This document shows, piece after piece, positions 62,616 through 64,000 of a DNA stretch of 64,000 bases (the stretch's first letter is position 1; every line of letters begins with the position of its first letter). Source of the DNA: Lama guanicoe. Lineage: Eukaryota. The notes beneath the pieces were generated by a model, which ran no database searches, was not told the origin of the DNA, and worked only from the letters and a program-made list of their open reading frames with translations. Made by a program: the position numbers and the translations under genes. The stretch lies in the NCBI GenBank assembly GCA_013239625.1, contig MU056358.1, positions 12,597,285 to 12,661,284 of the forward strand, in the 5' to 3' direction.

Positions 62616-64000
62616 ATAACATACTTCATTTGCTCTCAACTTCCAATAACAAAAATGTTAACTCGACAGCCTAGGTAAGGTACAGATAGTGACAGAACTG
62701 AAGGGCCAGTTAAAGAGAAGCTAAAACTTCAGTAATAAAATGAGACAAAAAGAAGAAAAAAAAAACTTTGGTAACGAAATGACCATTACTGACAAATGTT
62801 TGTACCCTGAGCAACAGGAGGCCTTACCTTGTACACAGCATGGTCTGCATCATAAAATTCCTCTCTGAAATATTCTCTCTTCCTTTGCCCCACCCAGAAC
62901 ACACATCATCATGTTTTGCACATAGTGATCACAAAAGAAAAAGTTTATTAAAAAAAAATCTAGCTTCATATTTCAAACCTGTCAGTTCATAAGCACTGGT
63001 AAGTGCTCTGAGTCTTTTCCAATAACCTGATGTTAGACCACAAGACCTATAGCACGAATATTTTCTCCTAAGGCTCCAGGCCCTGCTGCGCATGCTCTGA
63101 ACATCAAGATTAAGACAGACTCTACCTTCGTGCAGAGTAGACTTTTAAACTTTATCCTTTTTCTCTCTCACACATGCACACATTCACAAACAAAACGAAA
63201 AATAAAACTAAGTAGCTATACTCAGCCAAACCCAGAAAACTGTGATTGTAAAAGGATTCTTTTGGCCCAGAAACGTTAAGTGGGTTAGCCATTCAAAACA
63301 AAATTTATATGCTTAGTGAAAAAAATAAAAAGTATTCTGAATGCAAAAAGAAAAATCAATTCTTTTATGACTTAAAAAAGTCTCCTTCATTAGCCATATC
63401 ATCTGCTGAAAGTATTGTTTCTGCTTTGAAGCAACTTCTGCAATGTAAGTCTAATACTGAAGCAGGAGAACCGAAATTAAAGACAATTCTCCATACCTAT
63501 TTCCAGCTAATGGTAAATCATATATAATAAGCCCTTAGGCCACTCAATTTTAGTCCCAAATATTCCCTTATGGAAGAGTAAATTACCTCATCTAATGAAG
63601 GATGTTTAAGAACATGGTTTAAAAAGGAGATGTCTCAAAAGAATTATAAATAACATGTTTTTCTTTTTACAAATCTCTCTTCCTGCATTTATGTTATGGC
63701 CTACGTCACAATACAGCTTAACCAGCCACTTCACCCATCTGTCTCTCTCACCATCTGTAAAATGATGGCTATTCCTACTGGAGTTTCCTAAATAGCTGAA
63801 AAAATAAATTAGATCCTGTATCCATAAGGGGCTCTCAATGCCTCTGAGAGAGACAATATAAAATTCAGAGAATCTAAGTAAATGAAACATCACTACATTT
63901 GGGGGATGGTCTTGTTTTAATTCTGGCTTAATGAGTATAAAAAGCAAATTTCCACTACTAGTCAATTCACAAATTTGCCAATTTACTTTGACATTAATTG

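Noticed and set aside
1-64000. Prokaryotic-type systems (CRISPR arrays, operons, defence islands)
   Set aside because: This is intron-rich mammalian DNA; no regularly spaced direct repeats or operon structure were seen

Overview
Mammalian genomic DNA, most likely camelid (two Vic-1-type tRNA-derived SINEs). The window holds the convergent 3' ends of two genes. On the + strand are the last two coding exons and 3' UTR of GRM3 (metabotropic glutamate receptor 3; 3856-4030, 17164-~17720). On the - strand are the last 14 coding exons of ELAPOR2/KIAA1324L (62418 down to the stop at 24951), spliced by hand with consistent phases; the most upstream exon lies largely in an N-gap. The rest is intron and intergenic DNA with old repeats (L2, MIR, L1, MaLR LTRs, hAT MITEs) and three assembly gaps. 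Most short ORFs in the track are noise or exon-plus-intron read-through. Most notable: (1) a candidate alternative ELAPOR2 terminal exon (25754-25692) encoding RSPSPNRSTFQPLSESFVQV*; (2) a fossil gamma-type ERV env gene with its 3' LTR in the last ELAPOR2 intron; (3) a near-canonical REST/RE1 site at 46502-46522; (4) two stop codons in the frame used by the human GRM3-delta4 isoform. Repeat family names and human comparisons are recalled, not searched.
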